The notes beneath the pieces were generated by a model that was not told the origin of the DNA, did not search any database, and saw only the letters and a list, made by a program, of their open reading frames with translations. From Camelus dromedarius (lineage: Eukaryota): a stretch of 64,000 nt of DNA. Positions 14,401 through 28,100 of this stretch are shown in pieces. The stretch lies in NCBI RefSeq assembly GCF_036321535.1, contig NC_087437.1, positions 121,398,001 to 121,462,000 of the forward strand. Direction: 5' to 3'. The translations under genes were made by a program, and so were the position numbers. How positions within the stretch are numbered: position 1 is the first letter of the stretch; each line of letters opens with the position of its first letter.

Positions 14401-15349
14401 AGCCCCAGGGTCGTGTCCCCCAGCTGGTCAAGCCCAACAGACAGCGCCTCTCTCCTGGTTCCAGCCTAAGTCCCAGGGAAGATGCTCACTGGCCAAGGCT
14501 GAGTCACACGCTCATTCTCCTGAGCCAATCGTGGTGGCAGGGCTGGGGTGGCCAGGCAGGACCCTGCCCGTCCCTGGGACGGGAGGCAGTTTAGCCCAAG
14601 AGAGCCACACGGGGTGACAGGGGTGCAGGGACCTACGGGAGGGGCATGGGCGCGCCTGGGCTCTTGCTGGTGCCCCACACCAAGGAAGGTCTTGCTCCCG
14701 GCCGACCCTAAGGAGCCTGCAAGATCCTTGTCCTCGCACAGCCCCCCACGAGGGTCTGCTGCTGCTGCCATCCCCAGGGGCCAGGGGACTGCCAGGAGGG
14801 GCGGACCCTGGACCCTCAGCCGTGGCCCAGTGTGGCTGGGGAGCAGGGCTGGGGGAAAGGAGGGAGGAGGACCCCCAGCCCAGGTCCTGGGGAGCCTGGC
14901 TGATGCCTCTATGGTACTGAGGTTGGGTGGCAGTGCTGGGACGGGGCAGGGGGATGGATTTCCCACAGACATGGGAAAAGAGCCAGGGGGATATGGGAAG
15001 TCAGTACCGGGGGAGCCCCAGAGTCCCCACTCCCCACACCCCGCCCTGGGCCAGCCAGCCCGGGGGTCTCGTCTCCTGCTCCACCTGAACTCAGCCAACT
15101 CCACTGGGACAGCAGGAATGTGTCTGAAAATTATAAAGCCACAGCCAACTGCCTGTACCAGCCTGGACATGGTGACACCGGGCACACAGGACACTGAAGA
15201 CGTGGACTGGACCTGTGGGCAGCCCGGCTCAGGACAGTCCAGACACAGGTGGTCTCTTCGGGTCAATCCCAACCAGTGGGCGTCCTTTCTGGGACGTTGG
15301 AGGAGCCAGGAGGAAAGAAGTGCTCTCCACTGGGACTGCCCACGTGGGG

Positions 15350-16000
15350 GCCACGACTCTGGAACCGGCCGGAGCCGAGGAGAGTGGGTCTGCGGGGCCG
15401 CGGGCAGCCGGCCGCGGGAGGGAGATGTAAACCTTCCCTGTAGGGCGCGGCGGGGTGGGGCTGACGGCGCGCGCGCGCTGCGCGCGAGGGCCCCGTGGAC
15501 AGCCGGCCGTGTGCAGAGACGTCGGCGTCCCGCCGCGCCTTCCACAGCTCTGCCGGGGAGGGCGGCCCCGCCCGGGTTCACGCGGCGACCTCTCGGCCAC
15601 GGGCGGCGCCGCCCCTGCGCGGCCCGCGTGGCCAGCCCCTGGCTCTCCGTGGCCTTGCTGACGACGCGGGGCCATGCCATCACTCCCTGGGCCGTGCCGG
15701 GAACAAGCGGCCAGGGCTGGGAGAGCAGGGCCTCCCATGTGTCCTGGCCAAGTGGGGTCCCAGCAGCAGGCAAGCCGGGGCCCAGCGCCGGCCGCCCCAG
15801 AGCTGTGACGTGGGCGCGAAGGCGGGAGCCACTCCGCGCAGCGAACGCCCGGAGACAGCCGCGGCCTGCGCCTGTTACAGAGCAAGGCGGCCCTCGCCCC
15901 GCACGCCACGCGGCCCGTGCGGCAGTGACGGCGGGGCGCTTCTCCCCGGAGCGCCCGTGACTTCAGCACCCCGCCCTGAGCATGGAGCAGAGGTCACCTG
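15350..16000. promoter_or_regulatory. Orphan CpG island / candidate promoter
   Basis: Very dense CpG, including gcgcgcgcgcgctgcgcgcg at ~15467-15486 (NRF1-like), GC boxes and tgacgt at ~15806. Confidence 0.65.
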
Positions 16001-16094
16001 TGGGCAGCCAGGCCGTCCCCTGCCTTCCCTCACCCCCAAGCCGGGCCCCGGCAGGGGGGCCCTCTTGGCACCAGGGTCGTAGACACACACGGAG

Positions 16095-17970
16095 ACTTCT
16101 ATTTCTGGCAGATCTGGGGACTTGGTTCCCTGCCCGTTACTCCCACTAGAAGCAGAATTGCTGAATAAAACACGAACAGTGTTTCTCAGACACTCGAGGG
16201 AGCTGGCAGGTGAGGAGGGAACACGCGAGGCTGGAGCTGGAGTGTGTGCAGCAGCCTGGAGCCACGGGAAGGCCCAGGGGAGGAGGCTCGGGGCCGACTG
16301 AAGATTGCAGTCTAAGGTGGGCCCCACCCTCAGAGGGACCGTAGCCTCTTCACAGGGATAAACAATGCAGGACACTGGCCCTACCCCCGCCCCCGGGGGA
16401 CGGCCGGTCCCCACTCTCAGCACTGAGGGGAGGAGGAAACCTCTCCTCCCAGAGGTGCGGCCACCAGTGGACCCTCCTGCGGTTGACATCCCCAGTTCGC
16501 ACCACCTGAGGGGTCCAAGGCCAGAACTCCAAGTGAAGAGGTTTCAGGCTGGCAGAGACTCAGCCCAACCTCCGGGGCCCCCACAGGTAAAAGTCCCAGA
16601 CACGGGAAATCGTAGCGAGAAACCACAAAGCACACAGGCCACAAGGCACCGCGTATGAGCCCGAAGACCACAGGCAGCAAATGTGACTCCCAGACGCCCC
16701 ACCGCGGGGCTGTCAGTGTGGGGCATCGCAGGCCAGGCGTGCTTGAGGGGACAAACAGGGAACTCCACGTATAAGAAAGGGTGTGTGACCCTGAAAAAGT
16801 GATCAAGCCAAATGCAGAAAGACCAGACAGAATTTCTAGAAATGAAAAATATCAAGTATAAAAAGGGAGATAAAACTCAATGGACTAAAAAACAAATAAA
16901 ATTAGAATAAAGATTTATTAACCAAAGGATTGATTCAGTTGCAGTTAAAGGTAGTTAAAGAAAGAACTATTGAAGTGCAAGGCCTGAAGAGATTACCTCT
17001 AGTTCAGCCGAAACAGAACCACGGAAAATGCGAAGAGCACACGACTAGGAGCAAAGAAGCGGCAAACATAAACAGTTAGACCTGAAAAGGAGACTCTCTG
17101 GGACACCACACTTAGTCTACCAACCACGACAGAGCAAGACAGAGCCACGGGAGCATGCAGGGCGGGTGGCTAACTCCAGCCTGCAGTGGGTTTAAGGAGG
17201 CAAGTCCCACAATGGATGAAGCGCCGGACACAGAGCACACGGCATCTTAACTTTTACAGGAACGAGTGAGAACAAAATCTGTTCCAAGAGGGCAAGAAAG
17301 GAGAGAAGAAGAAACATGGGAAAGGGAGAGAAATATCAAGTTTAAAACAAACATGCAATGGCAATCGACAATTCCAGAACTCAGCTCTGAAGATGGCCGA
17401 TAAAATGGACAAAGCCCTGGTCATCCTGAACAGGAGGTCGGAGGCGCGGTAACCAGTGCTGGGAGTGAGAGCAGACGGCGCACCCACGCGTGCGCCGCCG
17501 ATTACATGGGAGACGTTATGAATCACTTTATGCTAAGATATCTGAAAACTTGGGTGAAGTGGACGGAATTCTAGTAGAATAAAGCTAACAACAGCACACC
17601 AAGAAGAAAGCAGCAGCCTGGAGGCCCTGCAGACATCAGTGAGGCCGGACCAGTGGATAAAACCTTTCAGACAAAACCGGGTCCAGATGGCTTTGAAAGA
17701 AATTTAGGAAAGAAATAAGTTCTTTCAACATTTTAGAAAGAAATAATTCTACCAACATTTAGGAAGAAATAATTCTAATGACTAAAACTTTCAGGACATA
17801 TAAAAAGGATATTTTTCTAAAAGCCTGTTTCATATATCATATTAAGGGTAAACTCTTGAAGCTTTTCTTTTAAGATCAGAAACGAGACAGAGGTGCCCAC
17901 TGTCACCATTCTAGTTGACATTGTACAAGTCCTAGGAAAAGTTCACAGGACAAAGAAAGAAGTAAAAAGC
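16095..17970 (+). mobile_element. Ancient L1M remnant (5' end, ORF1 and ORF2 pieces)
   Basis: 5'-end-like acttctatttctggc..., A-rich ORF1-like stretch, and ORF2 phrases (ttaagatcagaaacgagacagaggtgcccactgtcaccattct). Confidence 0.7.
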
Positions 17971-18009
17971 AACTTAAACAGAATTTTAATTTCTCATACA
18001 AATATAAGC

Positions 18010-18270
18010 TTCCCGGGGCTGGGACTGAGGCTTCATCCTCAATTTATCCTGCTGCACAGTCATCCTCAACACCTGGCTGCTAACCCACAGTTCAAGATGG
18101 GTGCCCAAGTGCCAGCCATCATACCTGTATTCCAGCCAACTGGAGAAAGCAAAAGAGAAGGAAATATGCCTGCTCTCTGGACGTTGCTTGAGAGGCATAT
18201 CTACCATTTCCACTGCTACCCCACTGACCAGAGTGCACTATCAGACTTATGCCACCTTGATTCTGGACAG
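18010..18270 (-). mobile_element. MaLR LTR fragment (MLT1-like)
   Basis: caagatgggtgcccaagtgccagccatcatacctgtattccagcc...cccactgaccagag resembles antisense MLT1I/J. Confidence 0.55.
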
Positions 18271-19418
18271 CCACTTGTGGAGACCAAATGGAGAACGGGA
18301 CCAGAGGGTCAGGGAAAAACCTCAGAACTGAGGGGAGAGCCCAGGCAGGGGGGCAGATGATGGCCTAAGCCAAGACCAGAGGTTGTCCCCACTGGGAGCT
18401 GGGCCATGCCACCACCATCCACAGCCCACCAGCCTCCAGCCCCTCTGGGGAACAAGGGAAGGAGGCAAGGGGCGGGCTTGGTCCTCCATGGTGCCTGGAG
18501 CCATGTGGGCAGAGCCGACCAGTTCAGGGTCCTCGCTGGGTTTGCAGGACGCCGGGCGACCTTGCTTGTTTCAATGTCACTGAGAGAGAAGTCGCTTCGA
18601 GCAGCTGTCTGGCTGCCTGGATCCAGGCATCGGCAGGAGGGCTGTTAGCAAACCCGCAGAGCAGGGCTGCATTTGTCGTAATTTCAGCAAGCGTGTTTTT
18701 AGCTTGAAGATTCAAGAACAGCCTGACTGTGCAGCCCCAGAGCCTAAAGGTGCTGCCAGAGCTGGGGCACCGGCTGCACAGCCCTCGCACCCAGAGCACC
18801 CTGCTGGGAGGGACAAATCAAAGGTCTCGTGGGTCACATGCTCCAGCATGCTTAAAGCACCTGCCACACAGAGGACCCACCGGAGGGCCGGCATTGCACT
18901 TAGCAGCAAGCACGTGGGGGCTGAGGGGCCATAGCAGAGCAAAGCGGGAACTGGGGGATGCCTGAGGTGGGGGGGCATGGCGGGGGAGCGAGGTCTGGGA
19001 GCTTCATGGCCCTGGCTCTCATCACCTTGCTGCGGAACCCTCTGTCCCCTCTGCAGGGCCAGCAGGACAGGCCTCTGTGACAAGGAGCCTGGAGGCGCAG
19101 ACTTGCAGATTCCCTTCAAGGTCATTCTAAGAACAGGAGTAGCCGGGAGGAAGTGGGGCGCGTTTGTCAAGCACGGGGCCGGGTGCTCTAGGGGGAAAAG
19201 TGGGCTCTGTTGGTTAACAAGACCCCAAAGCCACTGGGTTTAAGTCTCTTCTGCAGGTTGGGTCTGAGCCGGGCGTGAATGCCCTGCTAAGCCAGACCCG
19301 GGACCCGGGTGGCGAAGACACAGTCCCCACTGGAAGCCGCAAGGGCTGTGCGGCTCCTCCTGGTCCTTCTGGAAGGGCCTGACCGGCAAGCAGGGTCCAC
19401 AAGTAGAGGTTGAAACCC

Positions 19419-19468
19419 AGGGTGTTCAGAGAAAAGCAGGGTGCTCAGAGAAAAGCAGGGTGCAGAGA
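19419..19468. repeat. Short tandem duplication (~19-bp unit, about 2.5 copies)
   Basis: ggtgttcagagaaaagcag / ggtgctcagagaaaagcag / ggtgcagaga. Confidence 0.85.
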
Positions 19469-22400
19469 GGGGTCAGGCCATTCGGGGTGCACACAAGGCA
19501 GGAGGATGAGGCCGGCCCCGCCCAGCATGGGACCCTCAACCCTGGCCGTGCCTGGTGGCTCTCAGCCCCTTGTGGGTCTGGGTTGACCCCTTACCCAAGC
19601 CTGTGGTCAATGAGACCAGAATCCACTGGGGACCATCAGCAGGTTGGCCCAGCGCCCAGGACTGTGGGTCTTGCCAGGCATCCCTGGGCACCCCTTCAAT
19701 TCTAGGGTCCCCTTCCCCAGCAGGACATATTAGAAGAGGGGGTGCCCTGGGTGGGGGGGGGCTTTTGTCAAAGCCCCTGGGGTTAAGATTTACTCACATG
19801 GATGAGAACTCTGAGTCCACAAACTCTCCTGGTGTCCTTATCCATTAAAAATATGTCCCTAAGGACAGGCCAACACCTCCATCACCCTGGTGCGGGGGTC
19901 CCCGTCCCTGACCTGCAGCGGGTGGCTCCCTGAGCAGGGGAAGGCCTGGTCTCCCCTTCCCACATCTGGGCAATCTGGGCAGAGCCTCCTGCGGTCTAGG
20001 CCCTCAGCTCTCGGTCCCTACCCTGTCCTGGCTGCCCGCTCCAGCCCTCTCTACGGGTGTGCCCCCTACAAGAAAGGCAGGTTCCCCTGGAGGCACTGCG
20101 GCCCCTGGGCTGGGAGCACGCTTGCAGTTTGGGGCAGAAGTACATGCCAGCCTCCTGGGGCAGCGCTGCAAACCACCACAGAAGGGGCGGCCTCTGGGCC
20201 GGGGCGGTCTCTGCGGGTGGGAAGGGTGCTGGGGAGAGAGGGCGGCCAGGAATTCCACCTGCGGCTGCCGCCGGCTCCCCCACCCCCCCAGGACAGGACG
20301 CCCAACAGGCCGGAGCCTTTGGGGCTCTGCCTCCTTGGTGAGCCCCTGTGACCCTTCGACATCCCACCCCACACCTTCCATCAGAGCCCTCCTCAGCCAG
20401 GGACCTTGCCTCTGACCCTTGACCTCAGAGATCTCGGTCCTCTGGATGGCAGGGCCTGGAGGAGGAGGCCCTGCATCAGCAAGGGGCAGGGCGGGGCATC
20501 TGCAGCCCTGGGGCATCCGGTGTTTCGGGTGCACTAAATTCCTGGTGTCGGAGCTTCATATTGGGAACAGGGTCCACGACCAGCACGAGGTCAGGACACC
20601 CTGCCTGAGGCCAGGCTGCGTCTGGTCCCTGCCGGGGAACACAGCTCTCATCCGCAAGGAGTCTGGTGGGCAGCCCCTGTCGCCAAGTGTGGCCTGGCCA
20701 TGGGGTCCCTGTTGTCTCTGGCCTGGGGCCCTGCTTCTTCAATGGATACATTTGAGGCTGCGCCCAGGAGGGGAGCCCGCCTCTGGCCTCCCTCTGTCCC
20801 CACAAGTGCAATGAGGCCCCAACGGGCAGAAGGTGCCGCGTGTGACAGCTCAGAAAATGGCACTAATGAGACGGCCTCTGGGGACAAAGGGCGCATTCAG
20901 CTGTCCTGGGACAGCAGACCCCGCCCCGCCTGCCAGCACCAGTGGCAAGCGTTCCGCAATCCCCAGCTTTCCGAGGCCACCCCCTCCCCAGCCGGGCTTT
21001 AGTCAGCGCTCTTCTGCCGCCCGCGTCTGGTCCCCGCGCCCTCCTGACCCGTCTTGGCTGAAGCCACGGTTCCCACGAGGCTGCGGGAGCCCAGCCCGGC
21101 TGCTCCCGCTCTGACAGCGGTTCTGCTCTGTTCTGTAGACCGACCAAAGCTCGTCGGTGCGGCCCCCGCAGGCGGGGCGGCTGTTGGAAAGAGACTGAGT
21201 GAGAAAGAGCAAGAAGAAGGGGACGATCGCCGTGAGGGCACAAGTCAAACACGCTTTCCGGCTTAGCACACGAACGTGACCGCGCCGGGAGCGCCCGAGC
21301 GTGTGCGAGACCCCTGTGTTCAGAAACTGGCAAGGCGACTTTGGGAGGACGAAGGGCGCCCCCCGAAGCCCTGCGGGTTCTCCACCCGCCACAACGTTCA
21401 TCTCCCAAACCCGGCCCTCTGCCAGCTGCGGTTTCTGGAGTTTTGATACTTAAACTGCCAACACCCGTCAGGCTCTGGCGAGTGTACGAGCCACCGGATC
21501 CCTGTCAAGGTGCAGGCTCTGATGCTTGGCCAGGGGGGACAGGGGCTGCATTTCCGGCAGCTCCCTAGGTGCTGGCCACCCCTAGTGACAAGGTCTCGGC
21601 CCCAGGACCTGGGAGCGCCTCCCGTGAGGAAGAGACGGGGCTGCCGGTGGAGCCGGGGTGGTGTCCGGAGGTGGGGACCCTGGCGGGGCGACGGGCTGGC
21701 GTGGGGAAGCGGCGTGCTCCTCCCCAGACGGTAGGTAATGGTGCTCGCTGTAGGGAATACGGGACATCCTCCAGCACCGAGACAGGAGAGCCACAGGCCC
21801 GGTCAGCAGCCTTCATTTTCTCTGTGTGGTGCTTCTATTCCGAGGCTTCCCCTACGGTGAGCCCTTGACGTGGCCACGAGGACACAAACGCACCCCCACT
21901 TTAGTGAAGGTTCTTTCTGGGGGTCAGGGTCCCACGTAGGCGGGCACACCTGCAGGGGCCGGGGTGGGGCTGAGCACCCCCGAGGGGGCCCAGGGAGAGG
22001 AGAGGATGGGAGAACAGCTGTTTCTCTGAGCCCTGAGCACGGAGGAGGGGGGCTCCTCCAGCGTCTTCTAGACCCCGAGAAGCTCACAGGAGCACCAGGA
22101 GCAGGAGACCCACTCTCCTTTATCAGCCTCTCGGAGGGCAGGGGTCAGAGGTCGGAGGTCAGGGTCTCCTCGGAATCAATCCTTGTTGCTGGACATCAGG
22201 GGCTCCATGCTCTCCAGAGCTGGGAGGAGCAGGAAGGGACAGGAAGGAAGGACCGTGGTGGACGAGGTGGGGGCAGTGCCAACGCCAGACCCCGTCGGGC
22301 CGACCTGAGAGGGGCCGACCACTCTTCCACATTTTCTGAGACACACTAGGACGCAGGCAGTTTTCCTTGGGAGAACCTGCTGTCTGCAGAGAGGCAGCGA

Positions 22401-24849
22401 GGGCGGCAGACACCTGGGCCCCCGGAGACACTTCTCTCAGCCCCGTGCACACGGCGGCCCGGTGGGCGCCGCAGCCGAGAAGCAGAAAGCCTCCCTTTGT
22501 TAATAACTTTCCGTCAAACTTGGTGTTGGCCTGGAAAGTAGGCCATGGCCAGGCAGGCGGGGTGGGGAGGGCGCCCGGACCCTCGCGGGCTGCATGGAGC
22601 CGCCACTGGGAGGGCCGGCTGCCTGGCTGGAAGCGTTTCCTCTTCTGACTCACATGTGTATTTATAGCTGGAGAGATGCTCCAAGGTTCAGCTCCACAAG
22701 TCGGGAGTCGGGAGAGATGAAATCTCGGCACAGGCCTGGCCCGTCTGCCCCCTCGGCCCGCCGGCGTCTGGCGGCCACTGATGCAGGGCCGTCACCGCTG
22801 CTTCCCGCCGCCTGTTCTGGACACAGTGCATTTGCCCACCCCCGTCCCGAGAAGACGCCAACCCCGAAGGGAGCAGATCAGTGCTCGGCTGCTGGCTGTC
22901 CTGACCGGGGCGGGGGGGTACCTCACAGGGCGGCTGCGTGTCTGCACCCACACTCCCCCCGCGGAGCCCCTGGAGGGCAGGAGCTGCAACCCCGAGGTGT
23001 GCAGGTCACCTTGTGCCCAGCGCGGCCAGAGGGACGAATTGACAGAGGCCGTTTCTCTCCTGGGGGGCGCGGGCCTGGCACCCCTGAGAAGGGCCCCTGG
23101 CTGTGGTGGGGATGGACGGGGGTGGACAGTGGCCCAAGGAAGGGCTCCTCTGGGCTCAGCCCCTCAATGCAGTTTCTGCAAATGAAGGCACAGTAAAGGG
23201 GGAGGGCTGGAGTCCCCTGGGTCAGACATGAGTCCCTGGTGTCACCCAGCCTGTGGGGCAGCGAGGTCTCAGCTTCTCCCCTCTCTGGGTTCTGGCCAAT
23301 TACGGAGAAGGAGCAAAGGGCCGGTGGCTGGGAGGAGGCCCGGGATCTCCCTCCAGCTCAGAGAAGGCAGCGGGTGAGGCTGGAAGGTGTCCTGTCAAGG
23401 AATGCCTTGGCTGTCCATCCCTCCGTGGCCTCCCAGGCAGAGAGGCCCCCACCCTCCCTGCTTCTGACTGTTCTCATTAGGCCTGGGGTCAGCCAGGCAC
23501 CTGCCTCCCAGCGGACAGCCCTGTCCCCCTGCCTCCCCAGGTGGCTCCTCCAACGCCACCCTGCACCCTCATCCTCTGCCCCAAACGAGGTCTCGCCTGG
23601 CCCCTCTGGGAGGGGGCGGTGCTGCTCTGACAGGTGGCCCGAGACTCCCACCATCACACACCTCTCACACATCTCTGAGCCCCCCATCGTGGCAGTCCCC
23701 AGGAGAAAGTTAAAACCCCAAACTAAAGCCTGAAAGAAAAGATTCAGTGCCCGGTTCCTGGGGAATTGGCGTCTGGGCTCAGACAGCGAGGTCCCGCCTT
23801 CCCAGCAGAGGCTCAGCTGGGCTGAGAGGTGCCCCCCGACTCTCACACGTGCTGCCTGGGGGTGGCTGCTGGGTGGCTGTGTGTCCACAGAAGCCTGACT
23901 GAGCAGGGCAGGGACCCCAGCAGAGGCCTAAGGGATCTGAGAGGGAGAAAAGTGAAGGAGACCATCTCAGGCCTGGCCCCGCCAGGATCCCGGGCAGCCT
24001 GTCCCCATCCACGTCCTGACCCAGGACCCACGGACGTGACCACGCCCACCGAGAGGCTGACGGTGGCTCTGGGCCCCGGCCTCACCTGGGGGAGACTTGA
24101 TCTCTCACGGGGTGTCTGCCGCCTGCTGGCCGCAGCCCCGTCTCCAGGCCTGCTTGTGGCTTTACACCCAGAGTCCCCGTGTCCACTCCTCTTTGTGCCT
24201 GGGTGGGCTCCCAGAGCCCCTGCCTGTGCCCAGCCGGCTGCCTGCAGTCCCGGCTGACCTGGCTATAAGCTCCTGGTCCTGCCTGGGCCGGCTGTCCCCG
24301 CCCGTGGACCCTGCGTCCTGGAGGCGCCGCCTCCTCCCAGGTGCGTTTCAGGAGAGCCCCCTCGTAGGGATCTCGCCTGGGGCTGCTGCAGAGGGTCCTG
24401 ACCCATGGGGAAGCGTCCTCGAACTTCCGTGCACATCCCTCAAGAAGCTGGAGCACACCCCTGCTAACTCCAAGTGAATTTTATACTTCAGTGTCTGTGT
24501 GCACCGCTGGAACCGCTGAAGTGTTACAGCAGAACAGGATGCTGGTTTGAGAATTGTGCAGCGGGTGTGGAACCTTCCACGTGACCTGAGGCCAGAACCG
24601 TGGAGGCAGTGGGACCTATTTGATTTTCTATGAATTTGAAATTTCTCTAGAGCAGACGAGTTCGTGAACGCAGCTGGACGTGAGGGTGGAGAGATGGGGC
24701 TCACCCCAGTCCTAAGGAGCTGGTGCTGGGCTTGGGGTGCCTCCTTCCTCGGGGAACCCCCCATCCTGCTGCGGAGGGGTCTTGGCCAGCCCCCCACGCC
24801 GTCTCCCACAGAGGTTCACCCACGATTTGTCTCTCTCTCCCTCCCTCCG

Positions 24850-25180
24850 TATCTCTCATTTTTATAATCAGTTTTTCTGTTCTCACGAGCCCTTCCAATC
24901 TGAAGACGTCAGTCTTTCTCCGTGTCTGTTTTTCCTCTCTGTCCCTGTTGCACACGTTGGGTGTGTGCCCAGCCGCCCTGGCTCTGCCTCCAGGGCGCTC
25001 GGCCACCTCTGGTCACAGTCGCCTCTACCTCTGTCTTTTCAGTCCTGGGAGGATTTCTGAACTTCACTTCAAATTCTTGGGTTTGCTTTTTTGGGGAGCG
25101 GGGGGCAAGGTGCCATTTGCTTTCAGTCACCAAGCCTATCTTTTCTCTCCAAGACCCTGTCCTGCTGTCAGAGCGATTCC
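24850..25180 (-). mobile_element. HAL1/L1ME ORF1-like fossil
   Basis: Antisense of gaaagactgacgtcttcagattggaagggctc, an ORF1-like (LQIERAH-type) segment. Confidence 0.5.
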
Positions 25181-28100
25181 TGCCCCCGGACGTGGGCACT
25201 CAGTTTTCATGGGCCCGAGGTGCCAAGGTGGGGTTTCTGAGCCCAGCCCCAGAGTCCTGGGGCGCAGGGAAGGGATGCGGGTCCCGCTGGCTCGGACCCT
25301 TCTACAGTGCGGCTGCAGCGGGGGAGGCCCCCTCACCCTCCTCCCTTCCTGAAGGGGTGACTTGGGCAGAGTCCATGCCCCGGCTCAGGAGCTGGGATGG
25401 CCCCGTGGTCAGACGGCCCTACCACACGGAAAAACCCAGCCCCAGTCCACCAACCCCGGGGGCAGGCAGGAGCTTTCTGGAAGATTCCTGCCTGCGTCTA
25501 AGGCGGTGGCTGGGGTTGATCTGGCCCTTCTGTGGGTGACATGTCCCCAGGAACCGCTCACTAGATGGTGGACCTGGGGGCGTCCACTGAGCCCCTCTGC
25601 AACCCTGTGCCAGGACTATAGGGATGTCAGGCTCCCTCTTTTGCGCTGGGCTGTGGGTCTGTTCTAGAAATTTCTCCCCTGGTGCAGGCACTTCCTTCTC
25701 CCACCAGGGACACGGTTCGTTCCTCGGGGCAATTTCAGCAAGAGCTGGTGTGAGGGAGGAGGCTGTGCAGCTGGAGGCCGTGGTCACAGCCCCGTCCTGA
25801 GCTGGAGGCCGCACTGATTTTCCTGCATCCCCATGGGGCTTGCAGGCGCCATTGCCCCGTGTGCAGGAACGTCTGTGCTCCAGGGCTCGGGGCGGCTGCC
25901 GAGGCCCCCGTGGGCCAGGGAGGGTGGACTTGGGTCCAGACCGGACACAACCCAGGCCGCCTGACGCCCAGGCCGAGACGGCTCTCTTTGCTGACGGAAA
26001 GGCATGTGAAGGGGAGAGGCGGAGTGTACTGGAGGCCACGGGCGGCCGAGGGCCCTTCCCGCGCGGCTGTTCGGGAGCGCAGTGATTTATTTCCTTGTCT
26101 GAGCCTCGCTTCGCAGTGGGGTTTGCAGCCATGAAATTTCTTGGCCAGGACATTTGTGTCTTAGGAAATGTTGGGTTGCACTTTTATTTTTAGCTTCAGG
26201 AATGCGACACTTGATATTATTTGGGTTTTTTAAGATGGGCCAACTTTAAGATGAGAACTATGTCCCCTAACCCAGAGCCAATTCCAGAACCTTTCCATCC
26301 AAACACAGGGCCTCGGTTCCACCCTCGGCAGGGCACGCTGTCCATGCTCTGTTCTGGCGAGGCTTCTGCCGGCGTCCCCGCTGTGCCCTGAGCCCACACC
26401 GCCAGCCAGGAAGAGCTGGGCTCTGGTGGCCCACAGAGCAAGCCACCTTCTAGGCTGGGGCAGGAGCCAGGCTCTCCGCCGAATCCCCCCTGGAGGGGCC
26501 TCTCTGTGAGCGGACACCTCTCTGGTGCAGGGCCACACATGCAGCAGGCGAGCTCCCGGGGCCCTGGGTCTTCCAGGGATGACAGGGTGTGCCGCGAGCA
26601 CCAGGGGGGGCTTCTGCCTGAGGGCGGGGTCACAGCCCTGGGGTCCTGGGGCTGCGTGGGGAGCCTCGGCCTCAGTACCTTCCTCCCCATGAAGGGCCGC
26701 CCGGCTAGGATCAGGGTATTATGGACTTGGGCCCAGACCCCTGCACTCAGCTGCCCCCCACACCTCTGTTCCGGGGTTCCAGGGGGTCTCCATTCACCCC
26801 AACCTTGAGGTCCGCACTTCCGCCTTTGCCATCTTGGAGCAGAGCCTGTCGGGGAGACACGTCCCCGGACGTGGAGACATGGAGAACTTGGTTTGAGTCT
26901 CGGGTCTGCACCAGCCACTGTCCCGGGGAAGCCACCCGCGAGCCGGGACCCCAGGCGCTCGGAGGTGGGAAGGGCCCCACAAGGTGCCCCGCACCCCACG
27001 CCTGTGAGGACAGCTGGGCACGGCCAGGCCAGCGTGGAGACATGCTCGCCTCCCAGCCCACAGGAGAGGCTGGACGGGCGCCCTTCTCCTCGGGCTGGGC
27101 GGGTGCCTCGTGGGGAGACGAGCATCCTCAGTGAAGGTGGAGCCAGTGTGTCTCGTCCACGTCCTGAGTCGAGTCCCTGGGCCTCAGAGCGTTTATCTCT
27201 GTAACAGCTCCATTTTTCCCACTTCGCAGGAATTCTTTTCTTTTAAAGGGAGGCAAAGGCTTTCCCAGTGTTAGCGGGAGCACGTGCCACGCAGGCTCAG
27301 GGAGGACACCAGGCCCCAGGAAGGGCTGGGGGAGCGGCGCGCGGCTGTCAGTCTCTGGGGGCCGGGGCCCCCGCGGGCTGCACGGGAGGGGCTTCTGGGC
27401 TCTGGCTCTGCGTGCTTGTTCACAGTGGGGACCCAGCACTGTCTCGTAAGTGCCAGACGGATTATGTGATGCGCCGGTGACCGTGACTGCTCGGCGGGGC
27501 AGGCGGCAGCCCCGTGGCCTCCGTCCACGCTGAGGAGAGTCCTTGGGGCTGTGGTGGAGGGCGGGAGCGGCGGGGCCTGGACGCCCGGGACAGGGCGGCC
27601 GGAAGGCTTTGGCGGGCTCTCCCTCACTTGCAGGATGTGGCCACGCAGGCCCTTGGGGTCCTAACGTCTTTGGGTTCAACCTCAGGCAACCTCTGGAACT
27701 CACCACAATTTTTAAGTTTCTGATCTACACCAGGGAGCAGGGAGGCCCAGGCTGTGGCTGTTCCGGGCCCACAGCCCCCGCGTTCTTTGGGGAAGCAGCC
27801 CTCAGCTGCCTGTTCATTTCAGTCACAAGTGCTACCAGGGTCTCCCTGGGGAAGACAGAACCTGGGACCCACGTGCGCAGCCTCGTCCAACCAACTTGGG
27901 CCCGATGCAGCTGCTGGAGCTGCAGAAGGCAAAGCAGGTGCTAACCCTGGCTCAGAGGGCCCCAGAAGGCCACTGGGCCGGCCTTGGGAACTGGATAGAG
28001 TGCTGGGAGGGCGCCTGCGAGCCAGAGCGTGGTGGGCCCGCCAGCCAGCACTGGGGTGCCGTGGCAGCTGGTTCCCCCCGGAGCATCGGGTCTGCTGGGC

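Noticed and set aside
14466..15960. 435-aa and 470-aa overlapping ORFs as protein-coding genes
   Set aside because: Pro/Gly/Ala/Arg-dominated, no recognisable domain, open on both strands; expected from stop-codon scarcity in a CpG island.
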